A stretch of 64,000 nucleotides of DNA from Coleofasciculus chthonoplastes F2-STO-03 (GTDB lineage: Bacteria > Cyanobacteriota > Cyanobacteriia > Cyanobacteriales > Coleofasciculaceae), in the NCBI GenBank assembly GCA_040222015.1, contig JAVJWO010000130.1, positions 1 to 64,000 of the forward strand, in the 5' to 3' direction. The translations under genes were made by a program, and so were the position numbers. Of the stretch, positions 49,101 through 57,361 are shown piece after piece. Positions within the stretch are counted from its first letter, which is position 1, and each line of letters starts with the position of its first letter. The notes beneath the pieces are model-generated. The model saw nothing but the letters and a program-made list of their open reading frames with translations, did no database searches and was not told the origin of the DNA.

Positions 49101-50491
49101 CGAACTTTGAGTGGGATGTAGACTTTGGTGATGGTCATCAATTTGTCGTCTTCAGCGTTAATTCAAGTCGGCATACTTCCGATAGTGATTTCATTGCCGT
49201 TGACAATGTGGTTCTGGATAGTCCGGCGATTAACCCTCCTCCCACTAATGGTAACGGTACAGGGTTAACTGCCGAATACTACAATAACCGCGATTTTACC
49301 GACTTAGCCCTAACTCGCACGGATGAAACCGTGGACTTTAACTGGGGTTCAGGTTCACCTGATGCGGCGATAGATGCCAATACCTACTCGGTACGCTGGA
49401 CAGGTTCAGTCGCCCCCCTCCACTCAGAAACCTACGAATTCTTCACCAATTCTGATGATGGTGTACGTCTGTGGGTGGATGACCAACTACTGATTGACAA
49501 TTGGACAAATCATGGGGCGACAGAAAATAGTGGCACAATTGACCTGCAAGCCGGTCAACAGTATGACATCCGCATGGACTACTACGAAAACTTTGGCAAA
49601 TCGGTGGCACAATTGTTGTGGTCTAGTGAGAGTCAAAGTAAGGAGATTATTCCTGAATCTCAGCTTTATTCCCCTGCTGTTGATACTCCTAGTCCAGAGG
49701 TTAGTGGTAACGGTACAGGTTTAACTGCCGAATATTACAATAACCGCGATTTTACCGACTTAGCCCTAACTCGCACTGATGATACTGTGGACTTTAACTG
49801 GGGTTCAGGTTCACCCGATGCGGCGATAGATCCCAATACCTACTCGGTACGTTGGACAGGGTTTGTGGAACCTCTCCATTCAGAAACCTATCAGTTCAAA
49901 ACCTCTTCTGATGATGGGGTGCGATTGTGGGTGAATGACCAACTCCTGATTGATAATTGGACAGACCATGGGGTTACCGATAATCGTGGCACGATTGATA
50001 TAGAGGCAGGACAACAGTACGAAATTCGCATGGATTACTATGAGAATAGAGGAAAATCGGTAGCACAACTGGCTTGGTCGAGTCCAAGTCAATCGGAGGA
50101 GATTATCCCTAAAAGTCAGCTTTATGCAGCTCATTCCAGTGATTTTTCGGTGAATGAAATGATGCAGAATAGGGCTAGTTCTTTGACAACAGTTGTGTCG
50201 GGAGGTGACGAACTTTTAGGTAATACAGGTGTTAATCATTTCGACAATGGTGGACATTCGCATCTGCTTATAACTGAAGAAAATGGTAGTCAAGAGAGTT
50301 TTGATTTTGCAAGTGGACAAATGACTTTAGCTAATCATCAAGATGTATCAGACTCGGTTACTGCTAGTGAAGTGACGCCGATTAACCTGATGAATAGCAT
50401 CGGTATCGGAGATCCTTTCACCAATGAGACTGTTGAATCTCTGATTGCAATGCCTCAAGCTGAACTGCTGACGGTTCCAACTCTCGTGTAA
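46133..50491 (+). CDS. Large extracellular-type protein: G8, parallel beta-helix, PKD and two PA14 domains
   Basis: G.W.DP.TW..G.VP (G8), GRYALHLH, YGWDFDNDG (PKD), two GL.AEYYNN...VDFNWG.GSP...SDDGVRLWV (PA14) repeats; start uncertain. Confidence 0.85.
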   Translation: MSHSRFQCVCRSLLSAIANSHQTMTANGNKLTTEMNPNVMPLDTNLSEMSHTSMMSMENNHNLPHQDHPVKQAEHLKFLDLAPHSAATHVAVNDGSWFDPNTWEQGQVPGTDARVVISEGVHVTYDAESDTRLETVRVDGTLEFAHNRNTKIVVDTFIASPTSTLTIGSEANPIQANKTARIVIADNGEIDKNWDSTLISRGVVTHGKVRIHGAEKLDFISLQTDASVGDNELVLNLPDGMNTPAGWQVGDQLVLGGTSYNPDGSDEDNSRFQDEVLTITEINGNRIQFTNNDITSGDNTVLRFDHERPQGFESENLKLYIANTSRNVIFETENAETLPTQQRGHVMFMHNPDVEVQNAGFYNLGRTDKNRLIDDPIENVDGSPGSGANPRGRYALHLHRTGAEDINSTPSLVKGNAIVGSPGWGIVHHDSHAVLEDNVVFDVVGSGIAAEAGNELGAWRNNITIKTTGDDRPQADFDGSDRVSLFDMGFNGEGYWVQGAAQVEMVDNVAISAAGGGINIFNGVDGISRVREADTVAVDNLSPELQPVLSQASRGNDDPNTIDVTNVPLRRLSGFESYNSDMGIIFWNHMRNDDGQLGFIGPGLSEFHDARSLVDNFKLWNIYGEGIFTQYSTQIDFVDGLIVGDPENPVPVKLGINGAGRGHGIGSNGPAQDLLFKDIRVEGFERGIRLPREGGGGAEGSGTGSVPFLGSRLEDSYFANNTHNLSKKQRNFGDPDVFPDYFEIVNTQFENSASNLAPTAAFSYESVGGLGVVTFDASDSFDNDPSASLELAGNAIASYGWDFDNDGSIDEFGRQVNHQFDPTDSHNVSLTVWDSQGATTTVTQQIEVNPTAYTNLILDSDFSDSGEFAGPEWNINSTRTDEGWLGTGWSRNPNIGDGGAAVFTDKSSKTALGQIFQDNQVRQGEQTLSLDIKNTEGDDQTNEITVRLWGVDGEFLGGIGSNGPTQAGAIPMNRTLLLEETVGGSTFDWTNFEWDVDFGDGHQFVVFSVNSSRHTSDSDFIAVDNVVLDSPAINPPPTNGNGTGLTAEYYNNRDFTDLALTRTDETVDFNWGSGSPDAAIDANTYSVRWTGSVAPLHSETYEFFTNSDDGVRLWVDDQLLIDNWTNHGATENSGTIDLQAGQQYDIRMDYYENFGKSVAQLLWSSESQSKEIIPESQLYSPAVDTPSPEVSGNGTGLTAEYYNNRDFTDLALTRTDDTVDFNWGSGSPDAAIDPNTYSVRWTGFVEPLHSETYQFKTSSDDGVRLWVNDQLLIDNWTDHGVTDNRGTIDIEAGQQYEIRMDYYENRGKSVAQLAWSSPSQSEEIIPKSQLYAAHSSDFSVNEMMQNRASSLTTVVSGGDELLGNTGVNHFDNGGHSHLLITEENGSQESFDFASGQMTLANHQDVSDSVTASEVTPINLMNSIGIGDPFTNETVESLIAMPQAELLTVPTLV

Positions 50492-50514
50492 TAGCGAATT
50501 CGGTTAAGCACCAT

Positions 50515-50544
50515 TGTAGAGACGTTGCATGCAACGTCTCTACA
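50515..50544. repeat. Perfect 30-bp GTAG-type palindrome between convergent genes
   Basis: TGTAGAGACGTTGCATGCAACGTCTCTACA. Confidence 0.88.
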
Positions 50545-50599
50545 TAACTAGTTATACAAAGTCTTAAGTTGACACGGATGGGCAATGCCGTGCCCCTAC

Positions 50600-51436
50600 C
50601 TAAATATGGGGATCTAAAGCGTCTCTTAAACCATCTCCGAGTAAATTAAAGGCTAAAACGGTTAGGGTAATAAATAAACCAGGAAATAATATAGTCCAGG
50701 GAGATGATAGGGAATAGCCGCCCTTAAATGCATCGGATAGCATTGTTCCTAATTCAGGTGTGGGAGGTTGTGCGCCTAACCCTAAAAAACCTAAACCTGC
50801 TGCTTCCAAGGTAGCTGTACCAATAGAAAGAGTGGCTTGGACGACTAAAGGACTCAAGCTAGCGGGTAAGATATGATAAACAATAATTCGTCCCGGCGTA
50901 GCACCAAACGATCGCACGGTTTGCACAAAGTCCTGTTCCCGTAAGGATAGCACCATAGAGCGAGTCAAGCGGATGAAAATGGGGACTTGCACCACACCCA
51001 CAGCAATCATCACACTGGCGATACTTGGACCAGTTACCGTAACGATCGCGATCGCGAGTAGAATTGAGGGAAAGGCTAACAGGATATCGGTGAACCAGCC
51101 AATCACGGTTTCTAATCCGCCCCGAAAATAACCCGCAATTAACCCTAACACGACTCCCAGGATTAACCCTAATCCCACGGAAACTAAACCGATAAATAAA
51201 GAGGTGCGTAACCCATACCATACCAGGTCAAGAATATCTCGTCCTAAACCATCGGTGCCAAACCAATAATCCAAGCTGGGGGGTTGTAACCGGGCGGTAT
51301 AATTGCGATCGGTTGCCGGGTTATAAGGATTGAGAATCGGTGCCAACAGCGCCAATATAATGATGGTGAAGGTGATTCCCAGACCAATTTTGCCGGATGT
51401 TGATTGCCCAAATCGTTTAACGGCGTTGTTTTCCAT
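50600..51436 (-). CDS. Peptide/nickel ABC transporter permease (DppC/OppC)
   Basis: FGTDGLGRD, LLAFPSILLAI, LGFLGLG.QPPTPELG.M, FNLLGDGLRDALDP; start moved to the ATG at 51436. Confidence 0.92.
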   Translation of the reverse strand: MENNAVKRFGQSTSGKIGLGITFTIIILALLAPILNPYNPATDRNYTARLQPPSLDYWFGTDGLGRDILDLVWYGLRTSLFIGLVSVGLGLILGVVLGLIAGYFRGGLETVIGWFTDILLAFPSILLAIAIVTVTGPSIASVMIAVGVVQVPIFIRLTRSMVLSLREQDFVQTVRSFGATPGRIIVYHILPASLSPLVVQATLSIGTATLEAAGLGFLGLGAQPPTPELGTMLSDAFKGGYSLSSPWTILFPGLFITLTVLAFNLLGDGLRDALDPHI

Positions 51437-51574
51437 GGAAACAGGGAACAGGGAGATAGGGAAGATGGGGAACACCTCGACTTCGCTCGGTGTGTCAGAT
51501 GGGGGAGTTGTAGGGGCGGGTTTGACAGCTAACGGGAAGGTTTTAACCCAGATATCCCTAAACCCGCCCCGACT

Positions 51575-51653
51575 AAATGACGAATGACGAATGACGAATG
51601 ACAAATGACGAATGACGAATGACAAATGACAAATGACGAATGACAAATGACAA
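51575..51653. repeat. Heptamer STRR array (AATGACG/AATGACA)
   Basis: Tandem units immediately downstream of the flavodiiron gene stop. Confidence 0.9.
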
Positions 51654-53387
51654 TCAATAATGACTTCCCGATTTGCGATGATGTACAGCCGTCATCCCCA
51701 TCGATTGCAATACTTTACCATTATCAACAATCGCATAGACTAACCAGTGATCGCCACAGTCCATCCGACTCTGCACTGTACATTCTAAATAAGCCAAGGC
51801 ATCTTTGATAATCGGACAACCATTTTCCGCCGTTTCCGTCTCTAACCCTGCAAATCGATCGTCCCCTGGGGCAAAGGATTGCAAAAAGTGTCGCCGGACA
51901 TTCATCCCTTCTTTTAAGATATTCAGGACAAAGCTATCTCCCGTATGCGTCAACGACTCAACTGTCCGATCTTTAGCAATGGCAACGGTGATTCCTGGCG
52001 GATTGAATGAGGCTTGCGTTACCCAAGAGGCTAACATACCACTACGAACATTACCACGCTGCGCCGCCACAACACACAATGACCCGACAATTTGTCCCAC
52101 CGCTTGCGCCGTTCGATCAATTTGGGCGCTACTGACGGCTTGTTTTGGGGCGCGGAATTTCTTGGATTTTTTCAGCGCCTGGGCAAAGTCTGTGCCAACT
52201 TCTTTACAATATTGAATTGTCTCGTCGTCAGGTTTAAATTTAACCCGAATCGATTCAAACCCTAATCGATACCCTGCATCTAAAAGTTTGCTTTCAATTT
52301 CATCAACGGCTTCACCACTCCAACCATAGGAACCAAACACCCCAGCCAGTTTGGTTTTCGCGGCATTGGAGAGGACAATCCCTAACCCCGTTTGCACTTG
52401 AGTGGGGGTATGTCCGCCTAGAGTCGGGGAACCAATCAGAAAGCCATCACAGCGTTGAATCGCGGCTTCAATCTCCCCAGTTTCGGCAAATTCACAGTTA
52501 ATCGATTCGACGGCTGCACCCGTTTTGGTGATACCTTTCGCGATCGCTTGGGCTAAGGTGGCAGTATTCCCATAAGCTGATGCATAAATTAGCGCTATTG
52601 TCAAGTCCTGTTCGGTTTGCTGCTGACCCCATTGGCGATAGTCATGGAGGAATCGACTGAGGCTGTAGCGGACAATCGGACCATGACCTGGCGCGTACAT
52701 TTTAGCCGAGAACGTGGCTAGTTTGTTCAGGGCGACGTCCACCTGTCGTGCTTGGGCAGCATGGAGACAATCATAATAGTAGCGTCGGTCTTCGTCTAGG
52801 CGTTTCCAGTTTTCATCGAAGAGTTCATCGCCGCAGACATGGGCGCCGAAGAGTTTATCGGTAAATAGAATACGGCTTTGGGGGTCATACGTACATTGTC
52901 CATCGGGCCAACGGGGTGTGGGGATGGGGATGAATTGTAGCTGATGATTTTGACCTAAGTCTAAGGTTTCCTCGCCTTTGGGTACCCAAACATTGCATTG
53001 GTGTTCCCGTAAGGCATTTTGTAACGCAACCGCCCCGGCTTTAGAACAAACAAAGGTAATTTGGGGGGCTAAGTCTAGCAAGGCTTTCAGCGTTACCATC
53101 CGGTTGGGATTAACATGACCTAAAATCACATAATCCAATTGCTGCACATTCATGCATTGCTGCAATTGATTCAGGAAGATTTCGGTAAAGGATTCCCCTG
53201 GCGGATCAATCAGCGCTGTTTTATCGGCTTGGATGAGATAGGAGTTGGCGGTTGTCCCCCGTTGCAGGGAATATTCGACCTCAAACTTAAGTCTATCCCA
53301 GGTGCGCGATCGCAAAACAGTTGTATCGGTTCCTTCAATGGCGGCGACTTGGACATCACGGGGTTTAATATCAGGGATTGTAGTCAT
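51654..53387 (-). CDS. Flavodiiron protein of the Flv1/Flv2 class
   Basis: RDVQV...RSRTWDRLKFEVEY..QRGTTANSYLI; non-canonical HVNPNR iron site; flavodoxin YASAYGNT; C-terminal flavin reductase SWV.QASFNPPG. Confidence 0.9.
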   Translation of the reverse strand: MTTIPDIKPRDVQVAAIEGTDTTVLRSRTWDRLKFEVEYSLQRGTTANSYLIQADKTALIDPPGESFTEIFLNQLQQCMNVQQLDYVILGHVNPNRMVTLKALLDLAPQITFVCSKAGAVALQNALREHQCNVWVPKGEETLDLGQNHQLQFIPIPTPRWPDGQCTYDPQSRILFTDKLFGAHVCGDELFDENWKRLDEDRRYYYDCLHAAQARQVDVALNKLATFSAKMYAPGHGPIVRYSLSRFLHDYRQWGQQQTEQDLTIALIYASAYGNTATLAQAIAKGITKTGAAVESINCEFAETGEIEAAIQRCDGFLIGSPTLGGHTPTQVQTGLGIVLSNAAKTKLAGVFGSYGWSGEAVDEIESKLLDAGYRLGFESIRVKFKPDDETIQYCKEVGTDFAQALKKSKKFRAPKQAVSSAQIDRTAQAVGQIVGSLCVVAAQRGNVRSGMLASWVTQASFNPPGITVAIAKDRTVESLTHTGDSFVLNILKEGMNVRRHFLQSFAPGDDRFAGLETETAENGCPIIKDALAYLECTVQSRMDCGDHWLVYAIVDNGKVLQSMGMTAVHHRKSGSHY

Positions 53388-53427
53388 AGATAATCAGTTG
53401 GACGAGTTAATGTTGACGGTTTAGATT

Positions 53428-53516
53428 GGGACTTACGCAAAAGCTGTATATGTAGGGTGTGTTAGCGTAGCGTAACGCACCTTAACCAATAAATAGGATG
53501 TGACTGCGTAAGTTCT
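53428..53516. mobile_element. MITE-like element containing a REP-like palindrome
   Basis: ACTTACGCA ... TGCGTAAGT termini around GTAGGGTGTGTTAGCGTAGCGTAACGCACC. Confidence 0.65.
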
Positions 53517-53560
53517 GAGATTAGGAAAAAGGGAACAGCCAAGACCGTGATATTTGGAAT

Positions 53561-54127
53561 TCAGTGACCCCTTTTATCTGCCACAACAGTCTTATTGGGG
53601 TAAGGGTTTAAGGGGTTATCATTAGACTCTGACATCTGACGAATAGTCGGCTGTTTATATCGCATAGATAACCGTTTCTCCGGGTCAATTCCATCGAAAG
53701 TTGGCGGCAAATACATCCGCACAATTAATAAGGCTGCCATCACAATTAAGAATGCACAAGCCGCTAAAATTTGAATCCAGGAGGTTTCCAAGACTCCTCG
53801 CACAATCACCTCCCGCAGAACGGAGACAATGGAAACTTCTACCGCGACACCAATTGATACCCGCTGTTCTTGTAAGTAAATAATCAGCAGTCGGAATAAC
53901 TCAACCAAAATCAGCAAGAACAGAATATCTGACGTTACGCCAGGGAAATCTAATGGCGGTAGCAACTCCACAAACATCTCTCGTAGCTGAATCGCCATAA
54001 AAGCAAATAAGCCAACACAGAGGGAAATGATAAATAAGTCTTGGATTGTTTCCAGCGCCCGAACAATGTGATTCCGCTTGAGCTGTTCATACCAGTTTGG
54101 CGGCGAGGATGGTGGAGAATCGTGCAT
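53561..54127 (-). CDS. PsiE-family 4-TM protein (possible Sll0218 homolog)
   Basis: DILFLLILVELFRLLIIYL and AVEVSIVSVLREVI motifs; directly upstream of the flv gene. Confidence 0.8.
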   Translation of the reverse strand: MHDSPPSSPPNWYEQLKRNHIVRALETIQDLFIISLCVGLFAFMAIQLREMFVELLPPLDFPGVTSDILFLLILVELFRLLIIYLQEQRVSIGVAVEVSIVSVLREVIVRGVLETSWIQILAACAFLIVMAALLIVRMYLPPTFDGIDPEKRLSMRYKQPTIRQMSESNDNPLNPYPNKTVVADKRGH

Positions 54128-54303
54128 GGGAGGTTCCTTCTGTATCACTAGAACCTAGATTACATTTTATCGGCTTATTGCTGCAATACTTTTCTATTTG
54201 AAAGGCTAATCAATAACATCAACAGACGCTGTGTCCTCAGCATCGGACGCACTCTGGAAGCGATAGCGACAGTCCCAGAAAACCTTTTTTAACCCTCATC
54301 TCT

Positions 54304-55719
54304 TCACGTTTCCGTATTCCGGCGTTCGATGAGTTGCAGCAGGATTTCGCCATGGAAGGAACGACTAATCGGATAGAAGTACGCCCAAGCTAAACCTCCC
54401 ATGAGGACAATAGCGGGAATCGGACCAATCAGCAGACGAATCGTCCACAAGGCGGATTCTGGTTGAGTCGGCGGTAACTGTTCGGATGTGGTGGAGATAA
54501 ACCCAGACATATCTAGGGCTTTACCCACGAGGAATAGTGCGATCGCGACGGCAATTTTGTGTATTTGTACCACTAAGGCATAGAAAATGCCCTCCCGCCG
54601 TTGTCCGGTGTTGAGTTCATCGAAATCAACCACATCCGGAAGCATTGACCAGGGTACAATGTAAGCCGTGGATAAACCCAGCCCCACAAATACCGCCATA
54701 ACATACATTAATCCCACTTGATTGGGTTGTAAGAAAAACAGTCCCATTAAGGCACAGACGGTAACAGGGATACCGATACAATAGATAGCCCGTTTACCTA
54801 TCCGTTTGGCGATCGCACTCCAGACAAATGTCAGGCTTAGGGCTGTTCCTTGAACCGTTAGCGCGGTTTGGGTAAAGTGATGATCGGGTAATCCCATCCA
54901 ATGAATCACAAAATAGGGGAGAATTGCCGCCGTTGTTTGCAGACTTAACCAAGAACACAAATAAATCCCAATTACACAAATAAACGGGAAGTTACTAAAC
55001 GCAATCCGAAACTGTTGGGTGATCGGTAAAAAAGATACTTGAGTCACAGATTCCCGTTGGGCTTCGATTTGCTTATAACGCTTATGCGTGCCCCAAACAC
55101 AAAGGAAAATCGCTAACGTGGCGACGACTGCACAAATTGTTCCCAGAATCCGATACTCTTGAGATGGATCATCAATCTGGGCAAAAATAATCTGGGCTAA
55201 ACCCAGGGAGAAAATACTCGCACCGATACTAAACGCGGCTTTGAAGCTAATTAAACCAATGCGTTCGTCATAGCTTTGAGTTAGTTCAGCCGCTAACGCA
55301 TTATGGGTGAGAACAACCGAAGTAAACGCGGCATAAAAGAGAATCCCAACTCCCCCATAATAGGCAAACAGTAGCCATTGATTCGAGGTAGGCGGAACAA
55401 ACCACTGTAAGCTAAAGCCAATCCCCAAGGGAATCGCCCCGATCAGCATCCAGGGGTAACGCCGCCCTAAAGGAGAACGAGTGCGATCGCTCAAATACCC
55501 GATCATCGGATCATTAATCGCATCCCAAACCTTGCCAATCAGCAAAACACTCCCCGCCAAGGTGGGATTTAATCCCGCGACATTGGTGAGGAAAAACAGT
55601 AAGAAAAAAACTAAGATATTACCCGGAATCTCTCCTCCCAGTTCTCCAACTCCATAAGCTAGTTTGGTGGGCAAATTCAAGGGTTCACTAGGAGTTTTCT
55701 GGGGGACAGGATTAGCCAT
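54304..55719 (-). CDS. MFS transporter, GPH/MelB family
   Basis: KLAYGVG, WDAINDP.IG.LSDRTRS..GRR.PW, ELT.SYDER, PWSMLPDVVD.DEL.TG.RREG. Confidence 0.92.
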   Translation of the reverse strand: MANPVPQKTPSEPLNLPTKLAYGVGELGGEIPGNILVFFLLFFLTNVAGLNPTLAGSVLLIGKVWDAINDPMIGYLSDRTRSPLGRRYPWMLIGAIPLGIGFSLQWFVPPTSNQWLLFAYYGGVGILFYAAFTSVVLTHNALAAELTQSYDERIGLISFKAAFSIGASIFSLGLAQIIFAQIDDPSQEYRILGTICAVVATLAIFLCVWGTHKRYKQIEAQRESVTQVSFLPITQQFRIAFSNFPFICVIGIYLCSWLSLQTTAAILPYFVIHWMGLPDHHFTQTALTVQGTALSLTFVWSAIAKRIGKRAIYCIGIPVTVCALMGLFFLQPNQVGLMYVMAVFVGLGLSTAYIVPWSMLPDVVDFDELNTGQRREGIFYALVVQIHKIAVAIALFLVGKALDMSGFISTTSEQLPPTQPESALWTIRLLIGPIPAIVLMGGLAWAYFYPISRSFHGEILLQLIERRNTET

Positions 55720-55786
55720 CAGGGATGTTTACAACTCATTTTGAGCGATCATCTCATTTCTGATGGCAGATGACAAGGTTATCCTT

Positions 55787-55838
55787 CGTCATTTGTCATT
55801 TGTCATTTGTCATTTGTCATTTGTCATTTGTCATTTGT
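55787..55838. repeat. Heptamer STRR array (TCATTTG)n
   Basis: Tandem GTCATTT units. Confidence 0.9.
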
Positions 55839-55916
55839 TTTTCCGAATGACGTAGCCTGCTTCTCGCGAAGCGAGTATGATAAATGACGAATTTTCCTTT
55901 GTCTACAGGTGATTAA

Positions 55917-56252
55917 TTAATTGTCATGCATTTCAGCTACTTGATGCAGCGACGTTTCAAATTCCATGCGCTGTTGGGCATTGCGGAGAAAGTAACCGCT
56001 CATCATCGCAGAAACTAATAACCGACTCAGATTTTCGCGGTTAGTTGTAACGGTGACATTAAAATGTTCGTGAGGGAGTGCGCCTAACATTCCGATTAGG
56101 TTGCGTTCCATCACCTGAACCACTTCCGGATCGGGTTTAGAGAGTTGGGTAACAGTTTCTGGATGCAGAGACTGGACATATTGCCAGAGTACGTTACCGC
56201 CTTCGCCTTCGTTGTCGAAGAATTCTGAAACTCGATTGGACAGATTGTTCAT
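55917..56252 (-). CDS. DUF760 family protein
   Basis: N.LWQYVQSL.PE, LG.LP.E.F.VTVTT.RENL.RLL.SAMMSGYFLRNA.QR. Confidence 0.88.
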   Translation of the reverse strand: MNNLSNRVSEFFDNEGEGGNVLWQYVQSLHPETVTQLSKPDPEVVQVMERNLIGMLGALPHEHFNVTVTTNRENLSRLLVSAMMSGYFLRNAQQRMEFETSLHQVAEMHDN

Positions 56253-56276
56253 AATAGCTAAATTCGTTTGTTTTCC

Positions 56277-56307
56277 TATCTCTTATCTCTTATCTCTTAT
56301 CTCTTAT
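56277..56307. repeat. Heptamer array (TATCTCT)n
   Basis: About four tandem units. Confidence 0.75.
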
Positions 56308-56389
56308 TTTAATCAATCTCTTAGCCGTCGTCTAGTGAGTGCAACCGAACACCTGTGGCGGATTTTACGACTAATTCCAGGTGCTGAAA

Positions 56390-57214
56390 TCATCCTGTCA
56401 ATGATGCCAAAAATGCCTTGACCACTTCCGCCCAACCCTGAGAACCGGGTGCGGGTGCGACTTGCCATCCTTTACCGGATAATCCGGGATGAATCCCTTT
56501 ATTTCCGGGAACAATTACCGGACTATCCACAGCTTCCAGCATCTCTAAGTCATTGGGACTATTGCCTAAACCCAGGGTAGTAATTTTGGCATCGGGTTGA
56601 GCAGATTGGTAGGAGTCTACTAACCACTGTACCGCTTTTCCTTTACCTGCTCCAGCACCGAGCAAATGACAGAAGCGATCGCCAACAACTATCCGGTATC
56701 CTAAGTCTTGTACAATTTGGTTAAGGCGTTCTGGTGTTACCTTCTTAGGAATCACAAAGGGTTCAGTAAACTCCCGCGCCTTGGCTTGTTTTGCTTCATC
56801 GGAGGACAATCCTGTCAAGTGACAAATCTCGGCTTCACTCATATCCCCAAATCCCCGCAAGGGTTCATTGAGGGCGGTGGCTATTTTCTCTAATCCAAGT
56901 CTGGCTTCAGCATAAGTACAACCTAAGTGATGCAGATGATAACCCCCCCATTGGTTACTTTTGGGTAAGGTTAAGTAGTTATAATCGAGGGGAACAAAGA
57001 TACCGCTACCATTTTCCACAATAAACGGATCATTGATTTGTAGGGATTGGCGCAGCGTTTCGACTTCTAGGCGTGTCTTACTGGTAACCGGAATAACCGG
57101 AATCTGATTATTTTTTAAGGTATTGAGAACAGGAATCGCATTCTGATAACTATAGGTTTCAGAATCCAGAAGCGTGCCATCTAAGTCAGTGAAAATGATT
57201 AAAATGGTTTTCAT
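56390..57214 (-). CDS. HAD-IIB glucosyl/mannosyl-3-phosphoglycerate phosphatase-like protein
   Basis: IFTDLDGTLLD, TSKTR.EV, PFIVENG, REFTEPF, GKGKAV, LGNSPNDLEML. Confidence 0.88.
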   Translation of the reverse strand: MKTILIIFTDLDGTLLDSETYSYQNAIPVLNTLKNNQIPVIPVTSKTRLEVETLRQSLQINDPFIVENGSGIFVPLDYNYLTLPKSNQWGGYHLHHLGCTYAEARLGLEKIATALNEPLRGFGDMSEAEICHLTGLSSDEAKQAKAREFTEPFVIPKKVTPERLNQIVQDLGYRIVVGDRFCHLLGAGAGKGKAVQWLVDSYQSAQPDAKITTLGLGNSPNDLEMLEAVDSPVIVPGNKGIHPGLSGKGWQVAPAPGSQGWAEVVKAFLASLTG

Positions 57215-57361
57215 TTGTCCTTTTTTATGGGGTTATTCTTACGCTGTTCTACATTTCAACTGTAAAGTCAATACGGACAAAATCATTGTACAGCGAGCCA
57301 AAAATATCGCTACTAATCCCAAATTTAAATGCATGACAGCTTAGTCAGCTACGTTTCTTTT

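Noticed and set aside
51437..51646. N-terminal extension of the DppC-like permease (MSFVICHLSF...)
   Set aside because: It is translated STRR and REP-like sequence; the family-like region starts at the ATG at 51436
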